Source: Octopus vulgaris
Taxonomy: Eukaryota
DNA: 64,000 nucleotides
Direction: 5' to 3'
Assembly (NCBI GenBank): GCA_951406725.2
Contig: OX597824.1
Span: 89,900,001 to 89,964,000 of the forward strand
Shown here: positions 25,706 through 38,948 of the stretch, piece after piece
Position numbering within the stretch: position 1 is the first letter of the stretch
How the letters are laid out: every line of letters begins with the position of its first letter
The notes under the pieces: model-generated
Told to the model about the DNA's origin: nothing
The model's input: the letters and a program-made list of their open reading frames with translations, nothing else
The model's database searches: none
Made by a program: the position numbers and the translations under genes

Positions 25706-26565
25706 AAGAAACGGGCGAAGAAATATTAGCGATGTAGTAGTAGTGCGAAGGAGAGGTACGGTTAGTGGGAGTGGTAAGAGTTAAACGGTGGTGGTGGTGG
25801 GAGGAGAGAGAAGAAAAGGTAGATAGTTGCGGCGGTGGCAGTAGTACCGGGGTGGGAGAGAGTTGTGAAAGAAAAGAAGGAAGGACCATTCGGTGGGTGG
25901 GGGGATTGTGCGGCGATGAGGGGGGTCGAGCAGGTAAGGTAGAATAAGTGCGATAGGCATTAGTGTTGGTGGCGGTGGTGGTGTTTGTGGTGGTGGGGAA
26001 GATGGTGGTGGTAGCAGTGGTGGTGGTGGTAGTTGTGGTGGTAGTTGTGGTAGTAGTGACGGTGGTGGTGGTGGTGGTTGTGGTTGTGGTGGTAGTGGTG
26101 ATGATGGTTGTGGTAGTGGTGGTGGTGGTGATGATGGTTGTGGTAGTGGTGGTGGTGGTGGTGGTTGCGGTAATGGTGACGGTAGTGGTGATGGTGTTGG
26201 TAGTGGTGGTGTTGGTGGTGGTGGCTTATGTTGCAGTGATTGTAAAGAAGCAACAGTTGAGAACTAGGAAGACTATGTTGTTGTTGTTGTTGTTATTGTT
26301 TATCCTCAGGTAAAGCTCTCCTGCTCGAGTAGATCCAGCTGTGGCCATCCGGTTTTATAAGGTTTCTTTGTGTTTGTTTTTTTTTTCTTTGTTTTGTCTT
26401 TTACTTCTTTATTTCAGCCATTTTGAGTTTCATTTGCTGCAATCTACGACAGAACATATCCGCAAGTTGTTCGGCCGTCATTTTGGGACTTGATAACGAT
26501 GACAAACAATGCGTCTCAGCTGTCCCCTACGTTTCGGGTCGTCAGCAGCTGCAGACGAAGTCTCC

Positions 26566-27097
26566 AAAAGGGAGTCAAAATGCTCACACAGGCTGCTCCC
26601 TCTTTTAATGTGGGCCCAGATGTACAAAAGAGCGGAAATGCTCACACAGGCGGTTCCCTCTTTTAATGTGGGCCCAGATGTACAAAAGAGTGGAAATGCT
26701 TACACAGGCTGTTCCCTCTTTTAATGTGGGCCCAGATGTACAAAAGAGCGGAAATGCTCACACAGGCTGTTCCTTCTTTTAATGTGAGCCCAGATATTGT
26801 ACAAAAGAGTGGAAATGCTCACACAGGCGGTTCCCTCTTTTAATGTGGGCCCAGATATTGTACAAAAGAGTGGAAATGCTTACACAGGCTGTTCCCTCTT
26901 TTAATGTGGGCCCAGATATTGTACAAAAGAGTCTAAATGCTCACACAAGCTGTTCCCTCTTTTAATGTGGGCCCAGATATTTTGCAAAAGAGTGTAAATA
27001 CTCACACAGGCTGTTCCCTCTTTTAATGTGGGCCCAGATATTGTACAAAAGATCGAAATGATCACACAGGCGGTTCCCTCTTTTAATGTGGGCCCAG
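26566..27097. repeat. Minisatellite, 9 units of 58-61 bp with internal dyad
   Basis: TTTTAATGTG at 26603, 26661, 26719, 26777, 26838, 26899, 26960, 27021, 27081. Confidence 0.95.
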
Positions 27098-27334
27098 TGT
27101 TACGGAGAACGTTACAGTAACGAAGCAAAACATTGTTGACTCACTTTTATATGGTAGTTCCTTGTTGTCACATGTATCCTTCCATTTTTAAGAAGGCAGG
27201 TTGTGATTCGAGGACGATATGATAACTATTTCTAGCAGCGGTAGCAGGTAGTTGCTGTAATTGTTGCTTCTGTTGTTGTTGTTGGTTTTCTTGTTGTTTA
27301 GTCCTAGTTCAGCTCTGATACGTGAAGGTGTATT

Positions 27335-27590
27335 CTCTTGTGGTTAGGGTGTTGAATTCCTGATCGTAACATTGTGGTTTCAATTCCCGGACCGGACGCT
27401 GCGTTGTGTTCTTGAGCAAGACACTTCATTTCACGTTACTCCGGTCTACTCAGTTGTTAATGAGTAACTCTGCAATAGATGGGAACTTAACTCTTCGATA
27501 GACTTCAATGGGAGGAGGGCGTTTTAGTCTCAGTTCCTTATACGCCATGCAAACTGAGTTAAACTGCGGCCTTATAAGTCCTTAAGCTCA
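27335..27590 (+). mobile_element. SINE family C, degenerate
   Basis: GTGGTTAGGGTGTTG...GGTTTCAATTCCCGGACC...GTGTTCTTGAGCAAGACACTTCATTTCACG. Confidence 0.7.
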
Positions 27591-28042
27591 AGACAGACCC
27601 TCAGCCCTGATCCTGCCAAACTATGATCCTTAACTTGCAAGCCCTTGAACATGGAGAACAATGGCGTAGCCTGAATATGTGAAACTCGAGACAACCTTGA
27701 GTCTACAAACTCCATTCCAGGACCCCTTCCACCCACCTAGACTTATACGACAGACCTAAAAACATTGTCACCATAAAAGCGTCGCACGAGGCAGACTGCG
27801 TCGTTAGCCAATTTACCCCTAGATATGCTGGTACTTCTTGGTTATCTCACCCCTATTAAAAAATCGCCATTAAAAAATTGGGTTATCTCCCCGCTAAAAA
27901 TTCGAGTTTATGAGGCGACAAGAGATTAGATTAGAAGAGTTGGAGCCTTTTAATACTTCATTATTGACTTTTGGCCTCCTCAATAGAAATTTTATGATTT
28001 CTTATAAAAATATTATTCAATAAGATGTTTAATCTTTTCAGT

Positions 28043-28448
28043 TTTACTCCTTTACTCTTTTACTTGTTTCAGTCATTTGACTGTGGCCATGCTGGAACAC
28101 CGCCTATAGTCGAGCAAATCGACCCCAGGATTTATTCTTTGTAAGCCTAGTACATATTGTGTCGTTCTCTTTTGCCGAACCGCTAAGTTACGGGGACGTA
28201 AACACACTAGCATCTGTTGTCAAGCGATGTTGGGGGGGGGGGACAAACACAGACATACAAACATATACACACACATACATATATACGACAGGATTCTTTC
28301 AGTTTCCGTCTACAAAATCCACTTAGAAGGCTTTGGTTGGGCCGAGGCTATAGTAGAAGACACCTGCCTAAGGTGCCACGCAGTGGGACTGAACCCTGAA
28401 CCATGTGGTTGGTAAGCAAGCTACTTACCACACAGCCACTCCTGCGCC
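28043..28448 (-). mobile_element. SINE family A, full length
   Basis: Complete structure. Confidence 0.92.
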
Positions 28449-28714
28449 TGTTTATTATTATTTTTTTTTTAGTTTTCATGTTTACCGATATTTCCCGTAA
28501 AACGTGGGGCGGGAATAACCCAATTTCTTAATGAGGGTGAAATAACCCAAAAGTACCCATATGCTGTTGATAGATACCTTTGATCGGGTTCATAACCTGT
28601 TCGGTTAGGGCCGATGTGGGGCTGAAAATTAAAGAGAAAAGCAAAACACACTATGAAGAAATTCCAGCTGTGGCCATCCCATTTCTTATACTAAGTGTAA
28701 GGACACCTGGCCTA

Positions 28715-28872
28715 ATCCGCGCAGTAGAAACAGTACAGTATATATTTGTTGTTTTTGTTTTAATAATATATATTTATTTTATTATAAATGCAAAATAACA
28801 CCATGGAGGAATCGACGTAAGCTTAAATAGTAAACCGCGATAGGTGAAGCGCGATATGGCGAGGGATTACGA
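28715..28872. mobile_element. pogo/Tigger-like MITE, partial copy
   Basis: Homologous to 29035-29209; ends GCGATATGGCGAGGGATTAC. Confidence 0.6.
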
Positions 28873-28977
28873 TATATGTATGTGCAAATGAGGGAGTTCC
28901 CTATGTTGTAGCTAGACCTGGTAGGAATAGCAACTAAATCTCCCTTAAATCACAACCTACTGTCTTATCCATTTATA

Positions 28978-29209
28978 CAATAAACTCTCGAATATCGCGA
29001 GTGTTACGTTCTAAAACTCCCGCGATATGTGAAAATCCGCGAAGTAGAAAGTTCTGTACTGTATGTTTTTTTAGCATTTTAATAATTTGTATTTATTTTT
29101 TTAATTATAAATGCAAGACAACACCGTAGAGGAATCGACGTAAGCTTAAATAATAAACCGCGATAGGTGAACCGTGACAGACGAACCGCGATATGGTGAG
29201 GGGTTACTA
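28978..29209. mobile_element. pogo/Tigger-like MITE
   Basis: TA|CAATAAACTCTCGAATATCGCG ... CGCGATATGGTGAGGGGTTACTA|TA; imperfect TIRs and TA flanks. Confidence 0.65.
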
Positions 29210-29344
29210 TATTTCAAAAACATCGACTGACCACTCGGAGGCTCTTTCGTGGTGCTGGGCATCATCACAACCAGATACTTCTAGGTGGTCATTCCATCTG
29301 TTAGAAATAGCAACCAAATACCTCAACCATTATCATCATGAGTA

Positions 29345-29508
29345 GGCACGGGAGTGTGGTAAGAAGCTTGCTTACCAGCCACATGTTTCCGGGTTCAGTC
29401 CCGCTGCGTGGCACCTTGAGCAAGTGTCTTCTACTCTAGCCTTGGGCCGGCCAGAGTCTTGTGAGTGGATTTGGTAGACGGAAACTGAAAGAAGCCCGTC
29501 GTGTATAC

Positions 29509-29560
<52 letters not shown>

Positions 29561-29825
29561 ATATATATATTATATATATATATATATGTATATACACACA
29601 TATATATATACATGTGTGTGTATATTTTTGTGTGCCTGTGTTTGTCCCACCACCATCGCTTGACAACCGATGTTGGTGTGTTTACGTCCGCGTAACATAG
29701 CGGTTCGATAAAAGAGAATGGAAGAATAAATACTAGGCTTATAAAGAATAAGTCCTGCGGCCGATTTGTTCGACTAAAGGCGGTGCTCCAGCATGGCCGC
29801 AGTCAAATGACTGAAACAAATAAAA

Positions 29826-29829
<4 letters not shown>
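29345..29829 (+). mobile_element. SINE family A, full length with expanded internal (TA)n
   Basis: Complete structure. Confidence 0.9.
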
Positions 29830-29864
<35 letters not shown>

Positions 29865-30030
29865 CATGCATGCATATATATATATACATGCATACATATG
29901 TGTATCTGTACGTTACATAAGCATACACGTACACAATCGAGCATAAATGTGATGTGATGTGTGTGTGAGTGAGAATGTGTGTACGCGCGCGTGTGTTTAG
30001 TAGGCGGAACGTCCCATTCGTTACGCTCTC

Positions 30031-30090
<60 letters not shown>

Positions 30091-30181
30091 TATACACCCA
30101 GTGAGACATGCACACATGCACCCCTGTATCCCAGGCGAAGTACTCTGCTAGACAACGGAGCAATCGTTCATTACCTATCGC

Positions 30182-30275
30182 CATCATCATCACCTCCATC
30201 ATCATCTTCATCATCATCATCATCATCATCATTATCATCATCATCATCATCATCATCACCACCACCACCATCATG

Positions 30276-30312
<37 letters not shown>

Positions 30313-30373
30313 CCACCACCATCATCATCATCATCATCATCATCATCACCATCTTGACCATCATCATCAACAC

Positions 30374-30408
<35 letters not shown>

Positions 30409-30412
30409 ACAC

Positions 30413-30444
<32 letters not shown>

Positions 30445-30445
30445 C
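30182..30445. repeat. (CAT)n-rich trinucleotide tract
   Basis: Direct observation. Confidence 0.95.
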
Positions 30446-31373
30446 CTTGGTCATTATTATCCTTATTGTCAGAGTTGTTAAATGCAATCAACACAGGTGT
30501 ATATACAAATGTTTTTGTGTGTATATGCATGGTGTATATTGAGGTCGTTTTCTTTCTTTTGTTATCTTACCGTTTTTACTAATATATATACATATATGTG
30601 TGTGTGTGTGTCAGTATATGTCAATGGATGGATTGAGTCTGTGCATTAATGGGTCTCTCCTTGTGATTACGATTACGTATCGATCATTGATACCAGTGAT
30701 TAGGCTCCATCAATCGGAAGTGATCTCCAGCAATAATACTTTGGAAATATCAAGGCGGCCATTAGTCTTGTCGTTATTGCTAGCGCTGTTGTTGTTGTTG
30801 TTGTTGTTGCTGTGATGGTGGTGGTGGTGGTGGTGGTAGTTGTTACTATCAGTCTTGACAACGAAGATGACTACGGCTGCGACGATGACGACGACGACGA
30901 CGATGATGAAGATGATGATGAGGCTGATGATGAGGATGAGGATGATGATGAGCATGAGGATGATCTTACGTATTTAATTGCTGCTTTTGTTGTCATTGTT
31001 TCCTCGAACTGTCACTTGTTACACACACATATGCGTATATATATATATACATATATATACACATCAGTATATGTTAAATGTCTACACGCACACTCACACA
31101 CATACACACACATGCACTCTCCCATACACACACGCGCATATAGACTGACAGACAGACAGATAGATAGATGCATATGTATATAGAGAGAGGCGTATATATA
31201 TGTGTATTATCTATGCGTGTGTATGTATGTATGTATGTTCGTGTGTATGTATGTATGTGTGTATGTATGTATGTATGTATGTATGTATGTATGTATGTAT
31301 GTATGTATGTATGTATGTTCGTGTGTATGTATGTATGTATGTATGTATGTATGTATGTATGTATGTATGTATG

Positions 31374-31414
<41 letters not shown>

Positions 31415-31424
31415 ATATATGTAT

Positions 31425-31585
31425 AATACAAAATGGGACAAGAACGCAAAACATCCGGACACTTAGGTGATACGAAAAGGGACAGCAAAACATCCAGACA
31501 GACAGTACAAAGAAAACAATGACGGGTCATTCAAAGCCCTCTATCCTCAGTCAAGCACCAGATTATCATCGCAATTTCGGCTAAT
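31425..31585 (-). mobile_element. Penelope-like end fragment (same family as 18754 hairpin)
   Basis: AATACAAAATGGGACAAGAACGCAAAACATCC...GACGGGTCATTC...GCAATTTCGGCT. Confidence 0.6.
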
Positions 31586-31586
31586 T

Positions 31587-31768
31587 GGGGAACTTGTTTG
31601 TGGAAAGAGATCCCGGCAGAAACCAAGGTTACGATTTAAGGACTGTGTCAAGTCCTCGTTAAAGGCTCGTGATATGAAGGAGACTGACTGGGAGAGCAAT
31701 GTCTGTCATGGCCACAGATGGAGGAACCAGGTAAAGGAGCGGGTCGATACCTTTGAGAGAGCACACTG
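31587..31768 (+). mobile_element. RTE-clade LINE C-terminal fragment
   Basis: GELVCGKRSRQKPRLRFKDCVKSSLK...WE.....RWRNQVKE...FE. Confidence 0.8.
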
Positions 31769-32129
31769 ACCAGTGTGTCCTTCCTCTTTTAAATACAGTA
31801 GGCTGCAATTTTAGGAAACTCGGTTGCTACTTTTGCCTTCATTTGGCTCATGGAGCTTCTGCTTTTTGTTGTTTGTTACAACCACAAACACCAGAACCAA
31901 CGTGTGACCCTGCAAGCCAAAGAGGGAGTCACTAAGTAGTCAAAGGCCTGCAAGAGATAACAGCCAGTTAACTCTCAGATTACATCTCAACTTCTTGAAA
32001 AGAAGATAAAGCATATTAGATATTGATATTCCTTAAAAGTCGAGATGGCCATAATTAGAACAATTTTGATCACATGATCACAGGATCTGCTTGATAAGGC
32101 CTCAATGTGACCCAGAATCGGTTATTAAC

Positions 32130-32870
32130 TCTCATATCTAGAACGGTACTTTGGTTACGGTATTCGTTCCGAAATATATCAAGCAATATACTCCAGTCTC
32201 TGGTCACGCGCGTCATCTGCTCTGCTGACCTGGTTGATACTGAAATGCCTCAACTCAAGCCCTCCCGACTCATCACAAGTGATTGAAACAGATTTGGGTT
32301 ACGCAAGAGTACGATGTTCCTCAGCTTTTCAGCTCATCGACTGTGGTGGTTTATAGCGTCTTATCCTACCTTCTCAACCTTCACAGCCTCAACCTTTGGG
32401 ACTCTTTAGTAAGTGGCATAGCTAGAGTATATGCTACCTGGGGCAGCTCTTATGCAGGTAGACTCAAAAGCGCCGCCCTTTTGCTCCATTCAGCTACACT
32501 GCCGCCCTTAATGTACTCCTGGTCCCTAATACCACTTTCTATCATAGTTCATCTCTCCACTCGTCTCCACAAAAGGCCTCCAAGAGAATTTTACTAACGT
32601 AGAACAAGACTAATTTTGGTGCTTGAAAGTGATGGTCGTAGAAAATTTAACGTAGCTGTGAGGTTTAGGGGAGGGAGTTATGATGGAGCCCATTATATAG
32701 TGACGAGGCCCCTCTTTGATTCTCCGGACGAACTGGAGCAATGTATCGGTTGACTCCACTCTTCCTCTATTCCGTTTACAAGCCCTGACCACCAGACTAG
32801 TCCTCATACAAATCCCTTTGCCAAGTCCTTTTTCTCCGAAATGTATCCCTCTGGAAACACTGTCATCTTA
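32130..32870 (+). mobile_element. Very degenerate LINE remnant
   Basis: Fragmentary motifs such as QPL and ...PHTNPFAKSFF...; no intact frame. Confidence 0.25.
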
Positions 32871-33014
32871 AGGTATGGACATACTGGGCATTTGTCCAGT
32901 TTAGGGGCCAAATTATGATCAGTGCTTGCTATCAATAAATACCTTTGCCCATAAGGGCCTTATGGGTCTAGGGTCCTACTTCTGATATCTGTATGCCATA
33001 AGTAATAGTAAAAT

Positions 33015-33252
33015 TTCTTTCTCGAGTCATACCGACTCATAAAGAGCCGGTTTCCATGGCATTTATATTCCCACCCTGGACGGGACGCCGGTCCGTCGCA
33101 AGGTTATTCATTTTTGCCAGCTGAGTGGACTGGAGCAACATGAAATGAAGTGTTTTGCCCGAGAGCACAACGCATCACCCGGTCCAGGAATCGAAACCAC
33201 AATCTTACAATCATGAGTCCAACACCCTTAACTACTAAACCACGCGCCTCCA
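33015..33252 (-). mobile_element. SINE family C
   Basis: rc head GGAGGCGCGTGGTTTAGTAGTTAAGGG, B box GGTTTCGATTCC, core GCTCCAGTCCACTCAGCTGGCAAAAATG. Confidence 0.8.
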
Positions 33253-33254
33253 TA

Positions 33255-33864
33255 CCGCTTATACCTTCATCATGTCACCTCTTTTGTTTTAGACCAGTTG
33301 GACTGCTTGTTGGCGGCGGTGGTGTTGGTGGTGATGGTTGTGGTGGTAGGTGGGTGGGGGGCAGACGTGGTGGTGCTGTTGTTGTTGTTGTCGACGTTGT
33401 TTTTGTTTTCTACCGTCATACCACCAACACCACCAACACCACCATCGACACAGCCATCACAAATGACCACCACCACAGCCAGCATTAATAATGCTTACAG
33501 GACTGTCATACTTGGTCTCTCGACCGGCTAGAAATAGCAGCTAAATCTCGCTCAAATCACGCCATTCAGTTGGATTATGTGTTTTCTGAGTTCCTGCATG
33601 TAAGAAACGGACGCATTGGTCACGGTTGGAAAGCTTTTGATTATCTCATTGGTCTGCTCGGCCAGCGTCGACCTAGGGCTAAACATGAACAACTGCAACA
33701 ACAACAGCAACAACAGCAACAACAACAACGACAACAACAACAGCACCACCACGTCTGCCCCACCACCCATCACCACCACAACCATCACCACCAACACCAC
33801 CGCCGCCAACAAGCAGTCCAACTGGTCTAAAACAAAAGAGGTGACATGATGAAGGTATAAGCGG
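33255..33864. repeat. About 138-bp inverted duplication (arms 33255-33393 and 33729-33864)
   Basis: CCGCTTATACCTTCATCATGTCACCTC...AGACGTGGTGGTGCTG and its reverse complement. Confidence 0.9.
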
Positions 33865-34265
33865 GTGGATATACTGGGCGGGTATAACGGGTGGTTGGTG
33901 TAAATAAGAAAGTAAACACTGTGTTAACAACAATTGTATTCATACCATTTAACCTACCTGACCAGATACTTACTTACTTTAAACGGGTGGTATAGCCATT
34001 AGTAATTATTGACTGCTACCCGTATTTAACGCAACTAATCATACTGTAGAGAGCTGGTTAGACAGCGGTGAAGGTGGCGGGTGGCGGTGTGTTTGGCATT
34101 GGTGGTGGTGGTAGTGGTGGTGATGGCGGCGGCAGTGGTGGTGGCGGTTAATTGATAGAGGAGACGGCGTGGCGCCGTTGGTGGTGGTCAGCCTTGTCCC
34201 CAAGATGTCCGATGATCCAAGGTAGTTTGTCTTTTGTTCAGGCAAAAGCGCAGGCGAGTGGAAAA

Positions 34266-34910
<645 letters not shown>

Positions 34911-35184
34911 ATCATGATGTTTCATTCTGTCTTATGAAAATCTAATGAATCTAACAAATACTAGAGACAGAGATTGAAAGTCTTAATTTATAAATATTCA
35001 ATGTAGTAGATTGTAAGTACATATGTGTGTTTGTATGTACGTATATGTATATGTATACACACACATGTTCCTCTATGTGTGTGTGTGTGGGGGGGGGGCT
35101 TGTGTATTTGTATGCATATGAATGTATTTGTATATATACACGCACCCGCACGTAAATCTACGTGAGTGTGTCTATGTGTATATA

Positions 35185-35259
35185 TATAATCAAAATAAGC
35201 AACAAGGATATCCAAATCTGCATTACCTCTGGATATCCTTGTTGCTTATTTTGATTATA
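35185..35259. repeat. Perfect 30-bp inverted repeat, 15-nt loop
   Basis: TATAATCAAAATAAGCAACAAGGATATCCA / TGGATATCCTTGTTGCTTATTTTGATTATA, starting in a TA tract. Confidence 0.9.
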
Positions 35260-35298
35260 ATCACCTTATTCATCTGAATCTAAATTTTACTGAACTTA

Positions 35299-35377
<79 letters not shown>

Positions 35378-35764
35378 GTATGTGTGTGTGTGTATATATG
35401 TGTGCATAATAGTTAAGAGTATTCCAAATCGATCAAGAACTACCAGCAACAGGACACATCTAACAAACTGCTTCTCTTCTAAACAAGATCAAGAGATTTC
35501 TGCGAAATACCCGACACTAGACGCTGTCATTGAAGTGGTGTACAGTTGATAATAAATTTAGGTGCCACCGATTGTAAACCAACGGTGTGTTATCCAATGT
35601 CTACGTCAACAACTATCGACTAGCGGCGGCAATTCAGGTCAAATCAATAGGCGTCAAATAGGTTGCTGTAGTGATATATGAGGTTTGTCGCCACCGGAGG
35701 TATGCTACGGGGCTGATGTAGCCACCTTGATAATAATCCTTATGATGTCTACATAAGATGTAGT

Positions 35765-36025
35765 CATGGGGTTAAGGCGCTTGCTTTGCGATCACGTACG
35801 AGTTGTGAGTTCAGTTCCACTGCGTGGTGGCACCTCCATATGTCTCTGTTGCTATGTCCCTGGATTGACCAATGTCTTGCGAATGAATTTGGTAGACGGA
35901 AATAGTGTGAAAACCTGTTGTATATATATATATATATCTTCAGATGTGTGCGCGCGTGTCTTTGTTTTTGCCCTGACTATCGCGTGATGGTTTGATTACG
36001 GCCCCGTAACTTCGACAAAAGAGGA
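35765..36025 (+). mobile_element. SINE family A-like, old
   Basis: GAGTTCAGTTCCACTGCGTGG...GAATTTGGTAGACGGAAA. Confidence 0.6.
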
Positions 36026-37029
36026 AAAAAAATCTTCGAATGAAACTTTAGCAACGGACTTCCACGTTCGCTTCCGACCTCAGCAAGTCTTTATGTTCGG
36101 ACTAAGATTCAATGAATGCTATAACAGACATTATTGTTGTTGTTGTTGTTTGTTGTTGTTTAAGCTAAGAGTCAGCCCTGTTTGAGCAAAGTTAAGATGA
36201 CGTTCCAGCCGTGACAAAACTGCGGTTATTGCTTTCCCGAACATCATATATACATCTATCGATCTAAATAAGCTGGGATTATATATTATTACCCATTGCG
36301 CCCTTTCGTTTCTTCGCTCAAGTGTTTTAGTATGGTATGAAGCTGCTATTTCTGGCTGGTCAAGCGACCACCTAAACACTTTCAAACGGTGTTAATATTT
36401 CACGTGACTAAAGGTTAAAAACAAAACCACAAAAAAAAAAAAACAAGAATCAAACAGAACTGAAAATTACTTCAAACTGATGGTCAAGTACAGACCGAAG
36501 GTGAAGGAGGAGAAGAGGAGGAGAGGGAGGAGAAAAAGGATGAAGAAGAGGAAAAGGAAGAAGAAGGAAAGAAACCAGCAGTGGATGGTGGTTGCCATTG
36601 ATAAAAATATTCACTGAGGTTTGATGGTCAAAACGTTTTGCAGCGATTGACCTTTTTATGAAATATTCTGCAACAGCAAGTGACCAAGTCTTCAGCACAC
36701 TGAATGCTCTCCGACCAAACGATGGCACTTCTCATCGATCATCTGGCGCGCTAGAAATAATAGCCAAACCGACTTCAAATTACACCTTTCCGCCTTAAAT
36801 AAAGGAAGAATATTTTAGATGAGTTAACGCGGTAGATTCTCTCTGGTCGGTAGATTCACTAGAAATAGCAGTCAAATATAATACACAAAAGGCTATCTAC
36901 CTATATGCATACGTAAGTGTGTGTGTGTGCGTGTTTGTGTGCGTGTGTGTTTGTGTGTGTGTGTGTGTGTATGTGTGTGTGTGTGTGAGTGTGTGTTTGT
37001 GTAGTCGTTTAAGAATCCATAAATTAGCT

Positions 37030-37145
37030 CTTATTCACTGTTGAGTGGACAAGCAAGTCTTTTTTTGTTTCGAGAACACAGCGCACTACCAGGTTCAGGA
37101 GTCGAAACCACGACCTTGCGGTCGCGAGTGCAACAGTAGGCCTCG
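37030..37145 (-). mobile_element. SINE family C, degenerate head
   Basis: TTGAGTGGAC...GAACACAGCGCAC...GGAGTCGAAACCACGACCTTGCGGTCGCGAG. Confidence 0.55.
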
Positions 37146-37571
37146 TACCTCCACTTAACATGCCGAACGTGTTAGCCACTTCCAGTGTCTCAAGTGTAGT
37201 CTCAAGAGGACAACAGGATCCGGCTTACATCGGTTCTCGTGAGATAAAAAAAAGACTTGAATTCTGGTTGCAGGATAAATGTTTGGTATTCAGGGGAGAT
37301 CTAACCGGAGTTGAAGAAAATCATGAACCAATCAACGGCAGATATGGATATTGATCTGTTACCAATGTCGGGATGTTAGCTACTCGTGGTTTCGAATGAA
37401 GAGTTCTCGTCTGCAAACATAGAAATCGACGTGAGGGCCACATTCGTTCGTTGGTTGATTTAGAACAATAAAATATAAAATGACAAATGAGGCGACGGAT
37501 GCCGGCTGCAGATGTTGTGTGGGCCGATGCGAGGACGGCCCTTCTTGGGCAACGTGAATTGGTACGGGTTT

Positions 37572-37949
37572 GAAGGAGGAGAAGAAGAAAAAGAAGAAGA
37601 AGAAGAAGAAGAAGAAGAAGAAGAAGAAGAAGAAAAGAAGAAGAAAAGGAAGAAGATGAAGGTGAAGAAGAAAGAGGAGGAGGAAAGGAGAGGAGGAAGA
37701 TAAGGAGGAGAAGGGAAGAAGAAGAAGAAGAAGAAGGAGGAGGAGGAGGAGAAGGGGAGAAGAAGAACAAGAAGAAGGAGAAGGGAAAAGAAGAAGAAGA
37801 AGAAGAAGAAAGAAGAAGAAAAGAAAGAAGGAGAAGAAGAAGAAGAAGAAGAAGAAGGAGGAGGAGGAGGAGCAGGAGGAAGAGGAGGAGGAAGAGGAGG
37901 ATAAGGGGAGAAGAAGAAGAAGAAGAAGAAGAAGAAGAAGAAGGAGGAG

Positions 37950-37981
<32 letters not shown>

Positions 37982-38948
37982 AGAGGAGGATAAGGGGAGA
38001 AGAAGAAGAAGAAGAAGAAGGAGGAGGAGGAGGAAGAGGAAGAGGAAGAGGAGGAGGAAGAGGAGGATAAGGGGAGAAGAAGAAGAAGAAGAAGGAGGAG
38101 GAGGAAGAGGAAGAGGAGGGGAGAAGAAGAAGAAGAAGAAGAAGAAGAAGAACTAAGAAGAAGAAGAAGAAGAAGAACTAGAAGAAGAAGAAGAAGAAGA
38201 AGAAGAAGAAGAAGAAGAAGAAGAAGAAGAAGGAAGAAGAAGAAGAAGAAGAAGAAGAAGAAGAAGAAGAAGAAGAAGAAGAAGAAGAAGAAGAAGAAGA
38301 AGAAGAAGAAGAAGAAGAAGAAGAAGAAGAAGAAGGAAGAAGAAGAAGGAGAAGGGAAAAGAAGAAGGAGAAGAAGAAGAAAGAAGAAGAAAAGAAAGAA
38401 GAAGAAGAAGAAGAAGAAGGAGAAGAAGAAGAAGAAGAAGAAGAAGGAGAAGAAGAAGAAGAAGAAAAGGAAGAAGAAGAAGAACTAGAAGAAGAAGAAG
38501 AAGGAGAAGAAGAAGAAGAAGAAGAAGAAGAAGAAGAAGGAGAAGAAGAAGAAGAAGGAGAAGGGAAAAGAAGAAGAAGAAGAAGAAGAAGAAAGAAGAA
38601 GAAAAGAAAGAAGAAGAAGAAGAAGAAGAAGGAGAAGAAGAAGAACTAGAAGAAGAAGAAAGAAGAAGAAAAGAAAGAAGAAGAAAGAAGAAGAAGAAGA
38701 AGAAGAAGAAGAAGGAGAAGAAGAAGAAGAAGAAGAAGAAGAAGAAGGAGAAGGGAAAAGAAGAAGAAGAAGAAGAAGAAGAACTAGAAGAAGAAGAAGA
38801 AGGAGGAGGAGAAGAAGAAGAAGAAGAAGAAGAAGAAGAAGAAGAAGAAGAAGAAGAAGAAGAAGAAGAAGAAGAAGAAGAAGAAGAAGAAGAAGAAGAA
38901 GAAGAAGAAGAAGAAGAAGAAGAAGAAGAAGGAGAAGAAGAAGAAGGA
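37572..38948. repeat. About 1.38-kb (GAA/GGA)n polypurine tract
   Basis: Almost purely A/G on + strand with rare GAACTA and GATAAG interruptions. Confidence 0.97.

Noticed and set aside
25221-26313. Gly/Asp/Cys-rich and His-rich ORFs resembling beak or cuticle proteins
   Set aside because: Degenerate (GGT)n DNA is open in several frames on both strands; no convincing gene structure.
26566-27097. CRISPR-like array
   Set aside because: Contiguous units without unique spacers, no cas genes, eukaryotic context.
30171-30530. Poly-Asp ORF resembling acidic shell proteins
   Set aside because: Pure (GAT)n repeat translation.
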